Shown: positions 27,002 to 37,290, counted from the stretch's first letter. The stretch: 64,000 bases of DNA from Saprospiraceae bacterium (GCA_041392785.1 JAWKLK010000010.1:141741-205740), one strand, 5' to 3'. Notes: generated by a model not told the origin, from the letters alone. Numbers and translations are program-made.

Positions 27002-27460
27002 TTATTGTTTGAAAATAAATGCTTTATCGACATGTTCCATGTTTTCTAGAACAATATCCTGACTAAGGTTAAATTTTTCGGCTATCAACATCAATGCATC
27101 TTCAGTAAGCTTTTTTGCTTCTTCAGGATCTTGAATTTCGCCTTTTGAGATTTGTGCAATGGAATTTGCATTTTCATGTTTATCAGTATAAGTCTTTAAC
27201 ATAAAAAGACTAGCCAAAACAAAAGTTGCTACCGCTGCAACACTTACCCAAACTTTAGGGAAAATCCTTCTTACAGGCACAGATGGTGTATACTCAATTG
27301 AAGCCTGTGCTTTTAAATATCCGAACATGGGTGCAAAAGGTGCATGCGCTTCATCAATTTTTCCGGAAGCAAAATAAGTTTTCAAAATATTTTCCTCGGC
27401 CACAGATGTCTCGCCTTCCCAGTATTTATCTAAAATATTATCTATATCTGACTTATTCAT
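27002..27460 (-). CDS. Single-pass membrane protein, putative anti-sigma factor
   Basis: 152 aa with one central TM segment (VWVSVAAVATFVLASLFML). Its start overlaps the sigma-factor stop by 8 nt. Confidence 0.5.
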   Translation of the reverse strand: MNKSDIDNILDKYWEGETSVAEENILKTYFASGKIDEAHAPFAPMFGYLKAQASIEYTPSVPVRRIFPKVWVSVAAVATFVLASLFMLKTYTDKHENANSIAQISKGEIQDPEEAKKLTEDALMLIAEKFNLSQDIVLENMEHVDKAFIFKQ

Positions 27461-27965
27461 ACTTCTTAAAATTTCTTTTTAACAATTCATCCTTTAGGGA
27501 TTTTCTAGCTCTGTGTAATGAGACCTTTACAAATTCTAATGACGTTTCAAGCATATCAGCAATTTCTTTGTATGAATATCCTTCCACATCACGTAGATGA
27601 ATGATCATTCTCTGCTTTTCTGGCAATGCATTCACGAGATCCATAACAAATCCAAAGCGCTCAGACGATTCCAACTTTTTATCTTGGGTCTCGTCTTGAT
27701 CTCTTAGATGATGAAAATCGTCAATGTCATTCGTTTGCACTTTGCGACCTCTTACTTTATCTATCGCAAGATTTCGAGTCACTGTCATACACCATGCTTC
27801 TTTGTTGTCAAGTGTGGAATATTGTTCTTGCCTGTTCCAAATCTTGATTAACAATTCTTGCATAATATCTTCAGCATCAAAAGTGTTACCTACAATATTT
27901 AAAGCAAACCGATATAATTTATCCTTAAATGGTAAATCGAGAATGCTTATCTTCTCTCTCTGCAT
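27453..27965 (-). CDS. ECF-type RNA polymerase sigma-70 family factor
   Basis: 170 aa. Region 2 (DAEDIMQELLIKIW) and region 4 (GYSYKEIADMLETSLEFVKVSLHRARKSL) patterns. Confidence 0.9.
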   Translation of the reverse strand: MQREKISILDLPFKDKLYRFALNIVGNTFDAEDIMQELLIKIWNRQEQYSTLDNKEAWCMTVTRNLAIDKVRGRKVQTNDIDDFHHLRDQDETQDKKLESSERFGFVMDLVNALPEKQRMIIHLRDVEGYSYKEIADMLETSLEFVKVSLHRARKSLKDELLKRNFKKYE

Positions 27966-28061
27966 GCTATGTACTCGACGGTATTTAATGAAAAAATGTT
28001 ACAAATATGATATAATTTTTTTATTATATAGAAAATCACATAATAAAATATTAATATGCGT

Positions 28062-28069
28062 TATCTTTG
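28062..28069 (+). promoter_or_regulatory. Bacteroidota -7 promoter element: TATCTTTG
   Basis: Exact TAnnTTTG match ending 24 nt upstream of the TTG start at 28094. Confidence 0.45.
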
Positions 28070-28093
28070 ATGATTAATTGAAAATGTACATTT

Positions 28094-29581
28094 TTGGGAG
28101 TTATTTTCAGACAAAGCGCAAAATCTACCATAATAAACCTTGCAGCAACATTTGTGGGATTTATCAGTATGGTGTACATTTATCCCTATAATTTTGAATT
28201 TTACAGCTATTTTCAAACTTTATTCAGCAATGCATCCATTCTGCTTCCCTTTCTAGGCCTTGGTATCCATGGCACGATAATAAAATATTATCCAACTTTT
28301 TCAAGCTTAGGACTTCAGAGTAATTTTTTACCGTATTTTCTTAAAAGGACAATATATACTACAATAATTGGATTGGGTTTAGTTGTCACTTTGTTTTATT
28401 TTGGAAAAGATGACATTTCATTAATTTTCAAAAATATCAACAATGTTATTGAATATTGGTATGTAATTTTATCACTTGCTATTCTATTAAATCTGACCAC
28501 AGTATTTTTGTATTATTCCAATGCAAAATTGCGGACCGTAATCCCAGATTTGATTTTCACAGCTGGGATTAAATTTGCTCTTCCTATTGGGATTATTTTG
28601 TCTTATTATTTTAAAGTTCAACTGCAAACATTTGTTTTATGGATATTGATTTACTACGTCGTAGTTTTTATATCCATGGTTTTATATGCACTAAATTTAG
28701 AAAAAGTAGATTGGAGAATACCTAAATTATCTATAGAAAATACAAATGAAATTAATGGATTTATGGGCTTTTCCATGCTGAATAGTTTAGGTTCAACCCT
28801 CGCTTTTAGAATTGATATTGCAATGATCGCAGCAATGGTTGATATCCCATCTGCAGGATTATACACTTATATCTTAACAATCAGCAATGTCATAGATTTG
28901 CCAACAAAATCATTAAATCAAATAGCTGCTCCCGTTGTGTCCCAAAGTTGGACATCCAAAAACCACCAAAATATTGATGATATCTACACTAAGTCTGCTA
29001 TCTTAGGTGGAGCAGTGAGCATGATGCTTTTTCTTTTTATCTATGCAGCTTGGCCATACATTTTAGGACTGATCCCAACTGAAAAAATACCAAATGGATT
29101 ATTGACAACGGGACTTCTATTATTACTGTTAGGGCTCGCTAGAGTAATTGACATTATCACGGGTGTTAATTCCATTATTTTGAGTTATTCGCACCTATAC
29201 AAGTATAGTTTATACTTCTTATTATTTATGGCAGGCTTAAACATATTGATGAATTATATATTCATTCAGTGGTATGGTATCACGGGTGCAGCCTTATCTA
29301 CGTTGATTTCATATACTTTTTTACAATGGTATAAAATATATTTTGTACTGAATAACTTTAAATTTAAACTCCCTGTTAGTATTTTTTACATGACTTTACT
29401 ACTATTAAGTGGTTTAGTCATTGTGACAATTATTAGGCTTCCAGTTCATCCAATTATTGGTATTATTGCTAACAGTATTTTTAGTTGTGTTTATTTCGGA
29501 ATTGGAACTTGGCTTTTAAATCTTCATAATTTAATCAGACCAACAGTCAGAACTTTAGTGAGTACTTTTATAAAATCGTGA
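28094..29581 (+). CDS. Polysaccharide biosynthesis / oligosaccharide flippase family membrane protein (Wzx/MOP-like), TTG start
   Basis: 495 aa with many TM segments. The N-terminus GVIFRQSAKSTIINLAATFVGF resembles the MGVIKKQS... start of Bacteroidota flippase-like proteins. Confidence 0.7.
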   Translation: MGVIFRQSAKSTIINLAATFVGFISMVYIYPYNFEFYSYFQTLFSNASILLPFLGLGIHGTIIKYYPTFSSLGLQSNFLPYFLKRTIYTTIIGLGLVVTLFYFGKDDISLIFKNINNVIEYWYVILSLAILLNLTTVFLYYSNAKLRTVIPDLIFTAGIKFALPIGIILSYYFKVQLQTFVLWILIYYVVVFISMVLYALNLEKVDWRIPKLSIENTNEINGFMGFSMLNSLGSTLAFRIDIAMIAAMVDIPSAGLYTYILTISNVIDLPTKSLNQIAAPVVSQSWTSKNHQNIDDIYTKSAILGGAVSMMLFLFIYAAWPYILGLIPTEKIPNGLLTTGLLLLLLGLARVIDIITGVNSIILSYSHLYKYSLYFLLFMAGLNILMNYIFIQWYGITGAALSTLISYTFLQWYKIYFVLNNFKFKLPVSIFYMTLLLLSGLVIVTIIRLPVHPIIGIIANSIFSCVYFGIGTWLLNLHNLIRPTVRTLVSTFIKS

Positions 29582-29618
29582 GATAGCACTTTACCCAAGT
29601 TAATTTTTAGAATAAAAA

Positions 29619-29655
29619 ATAGGTTATAACCCATTATATAAGGTTATAACCTATT
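29619..29655. terminator. Perfect 14-bp inverted repeat (hairpin) between convergent genes
   Basis: aataggttataacc (29619-29632) and ggttataacctatt (29642-29655), with A-rich and T-rich flanks. Confidence 0.6.
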
Positions 29656-29681
29656 GAAAAAGAATGAAGTATTTAAATATA

Positions 29682-29837
29682 CTACTTAGTATACACTTCG
29701 TCTGATACTGTCAATCTATATCTTCCTCTAGCACGTCTTTTTGCCAAAACTTTACGGCCATTTTTTGTAGCCATTCTAGTTCTGAAACCATGCTTATTTA
29801 CTCTTTTTCTGTTGGAAGGTTGATACGTACGTTTCAT
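29682..29837 (-). CDS. rpmH: 50S ribosomal protein L34
   Basis: My own translation of the minus strand: [51 protein letters not shown] (51 aa). Not listed in the supplied ORF track. Confidence 0.9.
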   Translation of the reverse strand: MKRTYQPSNRKRVNKHGFRTRMATKNGRKVLAKRRARGRYRLTVSDEVYTK

Positions 29838-29888
29838 GAAATTCTAACTTTTCTATGCTTAAAATAAACTCTTATTCAAAAAAGATTG

Positions 29889-29896
29889 CAAAGATA
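29889..29896 (-). promoter_or_regulatory. Bacteroidota -7 promoter element: TATCTTTG on the minus strand, upstream of rpmH
   Basis: Plus-strand caaagata; lies 52 nt upstream of the rpmH ATG at 29837. Confidence 0.45.
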
Positions 29897-29940
29897 CTAT
29901 TTTGTTTAATATTTAAAGGAAAATAGTACTCTTTTTTCTA

Positions 29941-31767
29941 TTATCCATTCATTGATATTATAAATTCATCATTACTTGTGGTACCTGACATGTGTTTTTT
30001 AATGAAATCCATTGCTTCATCTGGCTTCATATCAGCAAGATGATTTCTCAAAATGAATAATTTTGGTAAAATAGATTCTGGTAGTAATAATTCTTCTCTT
30101 CTGGTACTTGATCTAGTAATATCGATAGCTGGATACATGCGCTTATTAGCAAGGGATCTATCCAACTGAAGTTCCATATTACCAGTACCTTTGAATTCTT
30201 CAAAAATGACTTCATCCATTTTTGATCCTGTATCAATCAAAGCTGTAGCCAATATAGTCAATGATCCACCACCTTCTATATTTCTTGCAGCACCAAAGAA
30301 TTTTTTAGGTTTGTGAAGGGCATTTGCTTCTACACCACCTGAAAGCACTCTACCACTTGTAGGCGCCACAGTATTATATGCTCTTGCTAATCTGGTAATT
30401 GAATCTAACAATACAACTACATCATGTCCTGATTCCACCAATCTTTTTGCTTTTTCTAATACAATCCCTGCAACACGAACGTGATTTTCTGCTGGCTCAT
30501 CAAAGGTACTCGCTATTACCTCTGCATGCACCGATCTACGCATATCAGTCACCTCTTCTGGTCTCTCATCTATCAATAATACTATGAGATAACATTCAGG
30601 GTGATTATCAGCTATAGCATTCGCAATATCTTTGAGGAGGAACGTTTTACCGGTTTTTGGCTGAGCTACGATCAATCCCCTTTGTCCCTTTCCGATCGGT
30701 GTGAAAAGGTCTATCATCCTATTGCCATAATCCTTACCTGCAGGATGGGAGGTCAGCTTGAATTTTTCATTTGGAAATAATGGTGTCAAATAATCAAATG
30801 GCACCCTTTCCTTTAATTTTTGAGGATCTAGGCCATTTATACTATTGACTTTCAATAACGCAAAATATTTTTCTCCGTCTTTTGGAGGCCTAATGGTCCC
30901 ATGTACGGTATCTCCTGTCTTCAAACCAAACAATTTGATCTGAGAAGGACTTACATATATATCATCAGGTGAAGATAAATAATTATAATCTGAAGATCTT
31001 AAAAATCCATATCCGTCCACCATCAATTCTAAAATACCTTCACTATCAATGACTCCATCTAGGTCAGGTGTAAATTTCGGTACATCAGGCTTTGCTTCAA
31101 CAATCGGCGGTCGTTGGAAATTTCTTACATCTTGATTCGGCCTATTCTGTACTTCATTTCTCACTGCATTGCGTTCTGTCATCGGCACGTCATTTGCAGG
31201 CGTCGCTACTGCTTTATCTTCAGTTTCACTAATAGGTGATTCCGCAATCGGTGCCACTTTTGGGGTGTATTCTATTTTCTGAGGTTGGCGTTGTACTCTT
31301 GGTCTGTCTTTTCTCAGATTTTGAGAATCAATTTCATTTTCATCTGGCAATTGATTATCAGGTTTTTCCTCTCTTACTGGTTTACTATCCACAGCCACTA
31401 TCTCTGGAGTTGGTTCATCCAACTCTTTCTTTGCAGGCCTCCCTCTCCTTTTAGTTTTGGGTTCAATAGCTTCTTTTACTGGTGAAACTGGTACCGATTC
31501 TGAACTTTCATCTTTTCCGACTTCCACAGCTTCTTGTGTACGTACACGTGGGTTTTGTGGAGTAGCCTTTTCAAATCTAGCAGGCATCTCAGATCTTGGT
31601 GCCTTTATAACTTCATTCGAGTTTTTTGCAACTATGGCCTGCTGATCCAAAATCTTGTAAATGAGTTCTTGCTTGCTATATTTTTTAACGTTTTGAAGAC
31701 CTAATTTTTCTGCTAATGCTTTAAGGTCAGGCACTAACATATCATTTAACTGTAAAATATCGTACAT
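29941..31767 (-). CDS. rho: Transcription termination factor Rho with a long N-terminal insertion
   Basis: 608 aa. Walker [16 protein letters not shown]. Conserved C-terminal RecA-like core. A ~190-aa P/E/K/R/Q-rich insertion follows the N-terminal helix bundle. Confidence 0.95.
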   Translation of the reverse strand: MYDILQLNDMLVPDLKALAEKLGLQNVKKYSKQELIYKILDQQAIVAKNSNEVIKAPRSEMPARFEKATPQNPRVRTQEAVEVGKDESSESVPVSPVKEAIEPKTKRRGRPAKKELDEPTPEIVAVDSKPVREEKPDNQLPDENEIDSQNLRKDRPRVQRQPQKIEYTPKVAPIAESPISETEDKAVATPANDVPMTERNAVRNEVQNRPNQDVRNFQRPPIVEAKPDVPKFTPDLDGVIDSEGILELMVDGYGFLRSSDYNYLSSPDDIYVSPSQIKLFGLKTGDTVHGTIRPPKDGEKYFALLKVNSINGLDPQKLKERVPFDYLTPLFPNEKFKLTSHPAGKDYGNRMIDLFTPIGKGQRGLIVAQPKTGKTFLLKDIANAIADNHPECYLIVLLIDERPEEVTDMRRSVHAEVIASTFDEPAENHVRVAGIVLEKAKRLVESGHDVVVLLDSITRLARAYNTVAPTSGRVLSGGVEANALHKPKKFFGAARNIEGGGSLTILATALIDTGSKMDEVIFEEFKGTGNMELQLDRSLANKRMYPAIDITRSSTRREELLLPESILPKLFILRNHLADMKPDEAMDFIKKHMSGTTSNDEFIISMNG

Positions 31768-31990
31768 CGTAGAAAATTATCAATTTAAAGTGGAAAATAG
31801 ATTATTGATTTAAATAAAAAGGATCAAATCATTTTACGACGTATGTACAAAAAACATATATGTACAAAAAATCTAAATTGTCAGAACCTTTACAAAGAAA
31901 AATTATAATTTTGATAGAATATCCTGTCGGACGACAGTCAATTTGAAAATTAAAGCACAAATTTAAGATATTCTTTGTAATTCAAATCAT

Positions 31991-31998
31991 TATCTTTG
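31991..31998 (+). promoter_or_regulatory. Bacteroidota -7 promoter element: TATCTTTG upstream of serS
   Basis: Exact TAnnTTTG match ending 58 nt upstream of ATG 32057. Confidence 0.45.
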
Positions 31999-32056
31999 CG
32001 AAAAATTTTAAAATTTTATTTACAATTCTTATCAAATACCATATAAATTGTTTTAA

Positions 32057-33337
32057 ATGATAGAGTTACGATTATTTAGAGAAGAGAAAGAAAGAGTGAT
32101 AGCAGGGATGAAAAAAAAGAAAGTAGCTCCTGAAATGCTTGTTTTAGTCGATCAAATTATTGAAAAAGATGATGACAGAAAAAAAACACAGACTGAATTG
32201 GATGGCCTGTTGGCAGATTCAAAAAAGATTGCCAATGAAGTAGGGTCATATATGAAGGCAGGGAATTCTGTTGCTGCAAATGAAGCAAAATCTCAAGTGG
32301 CTGATCTTAAAATTAAAATTTCTGATGGTCAAAACAAGCTTAATCAAATTATACTTGAATTAGAAGAATTAATTATTCAACTTCCCAATATTCCACATAT
32401 ATCTGTGCCAGAAGGAAGCCATGCAAATGATAATGAAGTTTTCAAAGAATCATTGCAAAACATGCCTAACTTGGACAAATCAGCAAAACCACATTGGGAA
32501 TTGGCTGAGCAATACGATCTTATAAGTTTTAAGGATGGTGTTCTTTTGACCGGTTCAGGTTTTCCTGTGTATAAAGGGAAAGGTGCGAGATTAGAAAGAG
32601 CTTTGATTAATTTTTTTCTAGATGAGGCTACAAAAGCTGGTTATCTTGAAGTGCAACCACCATTATTGGTAAATGCAGAAACAGCAAGAGCGACAGGTCA
32701 GTTACCAGATAAAGAAGGTCAAATGTACCATTGTCAGATTGACAATTTTTACTTAATTCCGACAGCCGAGGTGCCATTAACCAATTTATACCGAGATAAA
32801 ATTCTTAACATAAAAGATTTTCCTATACAATTGACAGGTTATACACCATGTTTTCGTAGAGAAGCTGGATCCTATGGTTCCGATGTAAAAGGGTTGAATA
32901 GATTGCATCAATTTGATAAAATTGAAATAGTGCGAATAGAGCATCCGGATAGATCATATGATGCATTGATGGATATGCTTATACATGTAGAAAGTTTATT
33001 AACTAAACTTGAACTTCCATTTAGGATCTTGCGTTTATGTGGAGGTGATATGAGTTTTGGTTCAGCATTGACATTTGATTTTGAGACCTATTCTGCTGCT
33101 CAAGGAAGATGGTTGGAAGTGAGTTCTGTTTCAAACTTTGAAACATTTCAATCTAATCGTATGAAATTGAGATTTAAGGATGAAGATGGCAAATCAAGGT
33201 TAGCACACACCCTAAATGGTAGTGCACTTGCTTTGGCAAGAATCGTGGCAACGCTTCTTGAAAATCATCAAACAGAAGATGGTATTAAGATTCCAGCTGC
33301 TTTAAGACCATATACAGGATTTGATATTATTAATTAA
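32057..33337 (+). CDS. serS: Seryl-tRNA synthetase
   Basis: 426 aa. N-terminal coiled-coil arm, then class II motifs (FRREAGS..., LNGSALA). Confidence 0.95.
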   Translation: MIELRLFREEKERVIAGMKKKKVAPEMLVLVDQIIEKDDDRKKTQTELDGLLADSKKIANEVGSYMKAGNSVAANEAKSQVADLKIKISDGQNKLNQIILELEELIIQLPNIPHISVPEGSHANDNEVFKESLQNMPNLDKSAKPHWELAEQYDLISFKDGVLLTGSGFPVYKGKGARLERALINFFLDEATKAGYLEVQPPLLVNAETARATGQLPDKEGQMYHCQIDNFYLIPTAEVPLTNLYRDKILNIKDFPIQLTGYTPCFRREAGSYGSDVKGLNRLHQFDKIEIVRIEHPDRSYDALMDMLIHVESLLTKLELPFRILRLCGGDMSFGSALTFDFETYSAAQGRWLEVSSVSNFETFQSNRMKLRFKDEDGKSRLAHTLNGSALALARIVATLLENHQTEDGIKIPAALRPYTGFDIIN

Positions 33338-33357
33338 TTACTTCTTTAAATTAAAAA

Positions 33358-34053
33358 ATGGGTATAGGATATTTTGTAATCATTGGGTTGTTTGCCCTCT
33401 TAGGAATGGTAGTCAGTGGACGGCTAAAATCAAAATTTGCACATTACAGTAAAATTCCTACAGCGCGAGGGTTGTCAGGAAAAGATGTTGCGGTGCAAAT
33501 GTTAAATCATTATGGCATAAATGATGTCAGGGTAGTTGAAGGTCAAGGATTTCTTTCGGACCACTATAATCCAGCTACGAAAACTGTGGCGTTATCTCCT
33601 GATGTATTCAATGGAAGATCCATCGCTTCAGCAGCCGTAGCAGCGCATGAATGTGGACATGCTGTCCAACATGCAACAGCTTATAGTATGTTACAAATGC
33701 GATCTAGGTTGGTTCCAATAGTCCAATTCAGTTCAAACATACAACAATTTTTATTTATGGCACTTATGGTAGGTGTCGGTGCAAATATGGGAGGAAATGT
33801 ATTAGCAATGGTACTTATTGCTACATTTGGCATCACAGCTTTGTTTAGTTTAGTGACGCTTCCTGTGGAATTTGACGCTTCAAATCGAGCACTGGCTTGG
33901 TTAGATGATTCAGGAATTATGGCTGGTGTAGAGCACGATGGCGCGAAAGATGCCTTGTGGTGGGCTGCAATGACTTATGTGGTCCAAGCTTTAAGTGCCT
34001 TGGTTATGTTTTTATACTTTTTACTTAGATTTCTTGGATCAAGTAACGACTAA
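33358..34053 (+). CDS. Membrane zinc metallopeptidase (YugP-like, Zn_peptidase_2 family)
   Basis: 231 aa. AAHECGHAVQH motif, with N- and C-terminal TM segments. Confidence 0.8.
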   Translation: MGIGYFVIIGLFALLGMVVSGRLKSKFAHYSKIPTARGLSGKDVAVQMLNHYGINDVRVVEGQGFLSDHYNPATKTVALSPDVFNGRSIASAAVAAHECGHAVQHATAYSMLQMRSRLVPIVQFSSNIQQFLFMALMVGVGANMGGNVLAMVLIATFGITALFSLVTLPVEFDASNRALAWLDDSGIMAGVEHDGAKDALWWAAMTYVVQALSALVMFLYFLLRFLGSSND

Positions 34054-34070
34054 AAATAAAAAATTGATAG

Positions 34071-34109
34071 ATATTAAGTCGTTTGATTTGACGACTTAAT
34101 ATCTTTTTA
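34071..34109 (+). terminator. Rho-independent terminator
   Basis: 11-bp stem atattaagtcg / cgacttaatat (34071-34081, 34092-34102) followed by cttttta. Confidence 0.65.
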
Positions 34110-34138
34110 TTAATTTTGGGACTTAAATTTCATTAATT

Positions 34139-34702
34139 ATGTTAGCAGAAATTGACGAGCATGTCCTGCAGGTGTATGAGCATTTTGACAAAGCGTTAGA
34201 ACACCTAGATTTTGAACTTAATAAAATTAGGGCGGGAAAAGCATCTCCTGCCATGCTGAATGGTCTTATGGTGGATTATTATGGAGCTCCCACCCCTCTA
34301 TCTCAGGTCGCCAATATTAGTACTACTGATGCTCGTACAATTGCAATACAACCATGGGAAAAGAAGATGCTTGGCGCAATAGAAAAGTGTATTTTTGAAG
34401 CCAATTTAGGAATTACACCTATGAATGATGGTGATGTTGTGCGATTGTCTATTCCTCCAATGAGCGAAGAAAGACGTGTACTCCTTGCTAAACAAGCCAA
34501 AGCAGCTGGTGAAGAATCAAAAGTGGCTATTAGAGCCCATCGTCATAAAATTATAGATTTTATAAAAAAGAAAGTAAAAGATGGATTTCCAGAAGATTCT
34601 GGAAAACGCAAAGAAGATGAAATTCAGAAGAAAGTAGATAGCTACATGACCAAAATAGATCAAATAGTCGATAATAAGGAGAAAGACATTATGACACTAT
34701 AG
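34139..34702 (+). CDS. frr: Ribosome recycling factor
   Basis: 187 aa. FELNKIRAGKASPAMLNGLMVDYYG...IQPWEK...GITPMNDG pattern. Confidence 0.95.
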   Translation: MLAEIDEHVLQVYEHFDKALEHLDFELNKIRAGKASPAMLNGLMVDYYGAPTPLSQVANISTTDARTIAIQPWEKKMLGAIEKCIFEANLGITPMNDGDVVRLSIPPMSEERRVLLAKQAKAAGEESKVAIRAHRHKIIDFIKKKVKDGFPEDSGKRKEDEIQKKVDSYMTKIDQIVDNKEKDIMTL

Positions 34703-35715
34703 TGAAGCATATGAGTAAATTTAAACCGTACTTTTATATTTTTATTGGAATCTTTGCTTTTTGGCTTATTTTGACATTAATGATAAGCCCACAATTTGAA
34801 ACGAAATTGGATCACAAATTTCAAGTACAAAAGCCGTTTGTCTACAATATTTTAAATGATTTGAATTTAAAAAGAAGGATATCCTATTTAAAAGAAGATG
34901 AATCCTTTAAGTTGACATGTAAAAAAGTACCGAAAGGTCAAAATGCACAATGTTCCTACAAATCAGAAAAATTTGGAGATGGTAATTTTGATATCCCAAA
35001 AAGCAATAATGATACTATCTTAATTTTGCAAAATCCTGAAAAAGGCTACGCAACAGAAATACAGTACATCTTTGTAAAATCTGATAGTTTGAGTACTGAT
35101 ATTGAAGCTACTATTCAGGGCAGAACATCAAAACTCAGTTCATTATTCAAGTGGTTTAAGTCTAGAACCTTAAAATCGCAACTCGAAAAAGAATTAGCTA
35201 ATGTTAAAGAAATCACCGACGAAAGGTCTGGTCTAAAACTTTACAATGGATTCTATATCAAGGAGCAAGCACCAAATACAAGATACTTTTTATACAATTC
35301 GGGAAGCGTAAAAGGTGAAGAAATTCAACAGTTTTATACCCAAACTTTGGCAACACTATATCAAAATGTGATCAATAGTGGAGTTGCCCCTTCCGGTCCA
35401 GCGTGTAAATTGTACTTTTCTTGGTTTAATGATACTAATTTGACAGAAGTTGGAGCAGCAGTACCGACAATTGCGGAAAATAATATTGCTGCTGCAAAAA
35501 CATTGACCATTCCTTCTCGTCGTTCAGTAATAGTGGAATATGTGGGAGATCAGAGAGGGCTAGGTTTTGTCCATACAGCCATTGATGATTATTTAGCAGA
35601 TCATAATCTTGCCATTGTTCCTCCCGTCATAGAAGAATATGTTTCTGACCCTTCCACAAATCCGGCTTTAAGTACCTGGAAAACAAATATTATATATTAT
35701 GTCAAGCCAAAATAG
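34702..35715 (+). CDS. Membrane-anchored hypothetical protein with a GyrI-like/SRPBCC-like C-terminal region
   Basis: 337 aa. GTG start (an ATG at 34711 is an alternative). N-terminal TM segment. The C-terminal segment resembles effector-binding GyrI-like domains (weak, by eye). Confidence 0.55.
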   Translation: MKHMSKFKPYFYIFIGIFAFWLILTLMISPQFETKLDHKFQVQKPFVYNILNDLNLKRRISYLKEDESFKLTCKKVPKGQNAQCSYKSEKFGDGNFDIPKSNNDTILILQNPEKGYATEIQYIFVKSDSLSTDIEATIQGRTSKLSSLFKWFKSRTLKSQLEKELANVKEITDERSGLKLYNGFYIKEQAPNTRYFLYNSGSVKGEEIQQFYTQTLATLYQNVINSGVAPSGPACKLYFSWFNDTNLTEVGAAVPTIAENNIAAAKTLTIPSRRSVIVEYVGDQRGLGFVHTAIDDYLADHNLAIVPPVIEEYVSDPSTNPALSTWKTNIIYYVKPK

Positions 35716-35720
35716 TTTTT

Positions 35721-36710
35721 GTGGCTGATGTTGATGCACTGCATGAATGGAAAGTTGAGGCAAATCGTCTAGGAAAAGCAAAGATTCCTTTCTTATTTTT
35801 ATTGGATTTCGAGCTAAAAAAACCATGGATTTGCGCCTTATCAAAACTACCAGAAGACGTGCTTTTTAAATTAGGTCATAAGAAAAATTACAAATTAACC
35901 TCAAAGAAAAGTAAACCGCTTCATTTCACAATATCTCCAATAGAGTATCAAGAGTATAAGGATAAATTTGATTTCGCATTGAATGAGATTTTATATGGTA
36001 ATTCTTTCTTATTAAACTTAACAATTAAAACAGAAATTTTTACAAATTACTCCTTGAAAGAACTATTTTATGCTGCCCATGCAAAATACAAACTCTATTT
36101 TGACAATCAATTTTGTGTATTTTCACCAGAAACATTTATAAAAATTGAAAACAATCAAATAAAAACCTACCCAATGAAGGGAACAATTGACGCCCGAATC
36201 CCGGATGCCAAAAAGCAAATCCTAGAAGATAAAAAAGAAACCGCAGAACATGCAACCATTGTCGACTTACTCAGAAATGACCTTAGTCAAATAGCAAACG
36301 ATGTAAAAGTAAATAGGTATCGATTTACACAACAAATCAATACTATCCACAATTCAATACTACAAGTAAGCTCTGAAATTATTGGTAATTTGAATTCAAA
36401 TTTCAACTCCCAAATTGCTGATATCCTAATAAAACTTGTGCCTGCTGGGAGTGTAAGTGGAGCACCAAAATTAAAAACATTAGATATAATACAAGCGGCC
36501 GAGCAAGAACCAAGAGGATATTATACTGGAATTTTCGGAATATTTGATGGTAAAAATCTTGATTCTGGAGTGATGATACGATACGTTGAGAATCAAAATA
36601 ACAGATTTTTTTATAGAAGTGGAGGTGGCATTACGTATAGAAGTGAGTCACTGAAAGAATTTCAAGAATGTTTGGACAAAGTGTATGTGCCGGTTAATAG
36701 AAAGTATTAA
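35721..36710 (+). CDS. pabB: Chorismate-binding enzyme, probable aminodeoxychorismate synthase component I
   Basis: 329 aa. TIVDLLRNDLS, GSVSGAPK and RGYYTGIFG motifs of the chorismate-utilising family. Followed by a PabC-like gene. Confidence 0.7.
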   Translation: MADVDALHEWKVEANRLGKAKIPFLFLLDFELKKPWICALSKLPEDVLFKLGHKKNYKLTSKKSKPLHFTISPIEYQEYKDKFDFALNEILYGNSFLLNLTIKTEIFTNYSLKELFYAAHAKYKLYFDNQFCVFSPETFIKIENNQIKTYPMKGTIDARIPDAKKQILEDKKETAEHATIVDLLRNDLSQIANDVKVNRYRFTQQINTIHNSILQVSSEIIGNLNSNFNSQIADILIKLVPAGSVSGAPKLKTLDIIQAAEQEPRGYYTGIFGIFDGKNLDSGVMIRYVENQNNRFFYRSGGGITYRSESLKEFQECLDKVYVPVNRKY

Positions 36711-37284
36711 AATTTATAATGGAAAAGTGTTCAACATTGCAATGCATAATCAGAGATGCAATGCGAGTAGAAAATCATTATTTGGAATGCACCGTTCTAT
36801 AAATCTCAAAAATTATATTCGCATACCTTATCAATACGCACAAGGACTAGTAAAATGCAGAATAGTCTATTCAGAAAATGTAGAAACAGTGCATTTTGAA
36901 AATTATAATAAGAAATCTATAGAAAAAATAAAGATTGTACGTGATGATGATATCACTTATGATCATAAGTATTTAGATAGAAAAATAATAAATGATCTGT
37001 ATGCTCAAAAAGGAGAAGCAGACGAAATTATAATTTCTCGGGCAGGATTTGTTACGGACGCTTCAATTTACAATTTGGTTTTTCAGACTGGCAATCAATA
37101 TTTTACATCAAGTCATCCACTTTTGAAGGGAACTCGACGAAACCACCTACTAAACTCAGGTAAAATTTTAGAAGCTCCCATCAATGAATCAGATTTGCTG
37201 CATTATGATTATATTCATTTTGTTAATGCATTGACACCTCTTGGTGACTTGAAATTGCCATTACGCAACAATATATTTATATAG
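36685..37284 (+). CDS. Aminotransferase class IV-like protein, probable aminodeoxychorismate lyase
   Basis: 199 aa. Overlaps the pabB end by 26 nt. Short fold-type IV-like pattern (ADEIIISRAGFVTDASIYNLVF). Confidence 0.6.
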   Translation: MCRLIESIKIYNGKVFNIAMHNQRCNASRKSLFGMHRSINLKNYIRIPYQYAQGLVKCRIVYSENVETVHFENYNKKSIEKIKIVRDDDITYDHKYLDRKIINDLYAQKGEADEIIISRAGFVTDASIYNLVFQTGNQYFTSSHPLLKGTRRNHLLNSGKILEAPINESDLLHYDYIHFVNALTPLGDLKLPLRNNIFI

Positions 37285-37290
37285 GGTATT

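Noticed and set aside
28084-28094. ATG at 28084 as the start of the flippase-like gene
   Set aside because: It is in a different frame from the long ORF. The in-frame TTG at 28094 gives the family-typical N-terminus.
16686-31848. Shared 12-mer cgacgtatgtac at 16686-16697 and 31837-31848
   Set aside because: In 64 kb of AT-rich sequence, many identical 12-mer pairs are expected by chance (on the order of a hundred by a simple estimate). There is no extended similarity around them.
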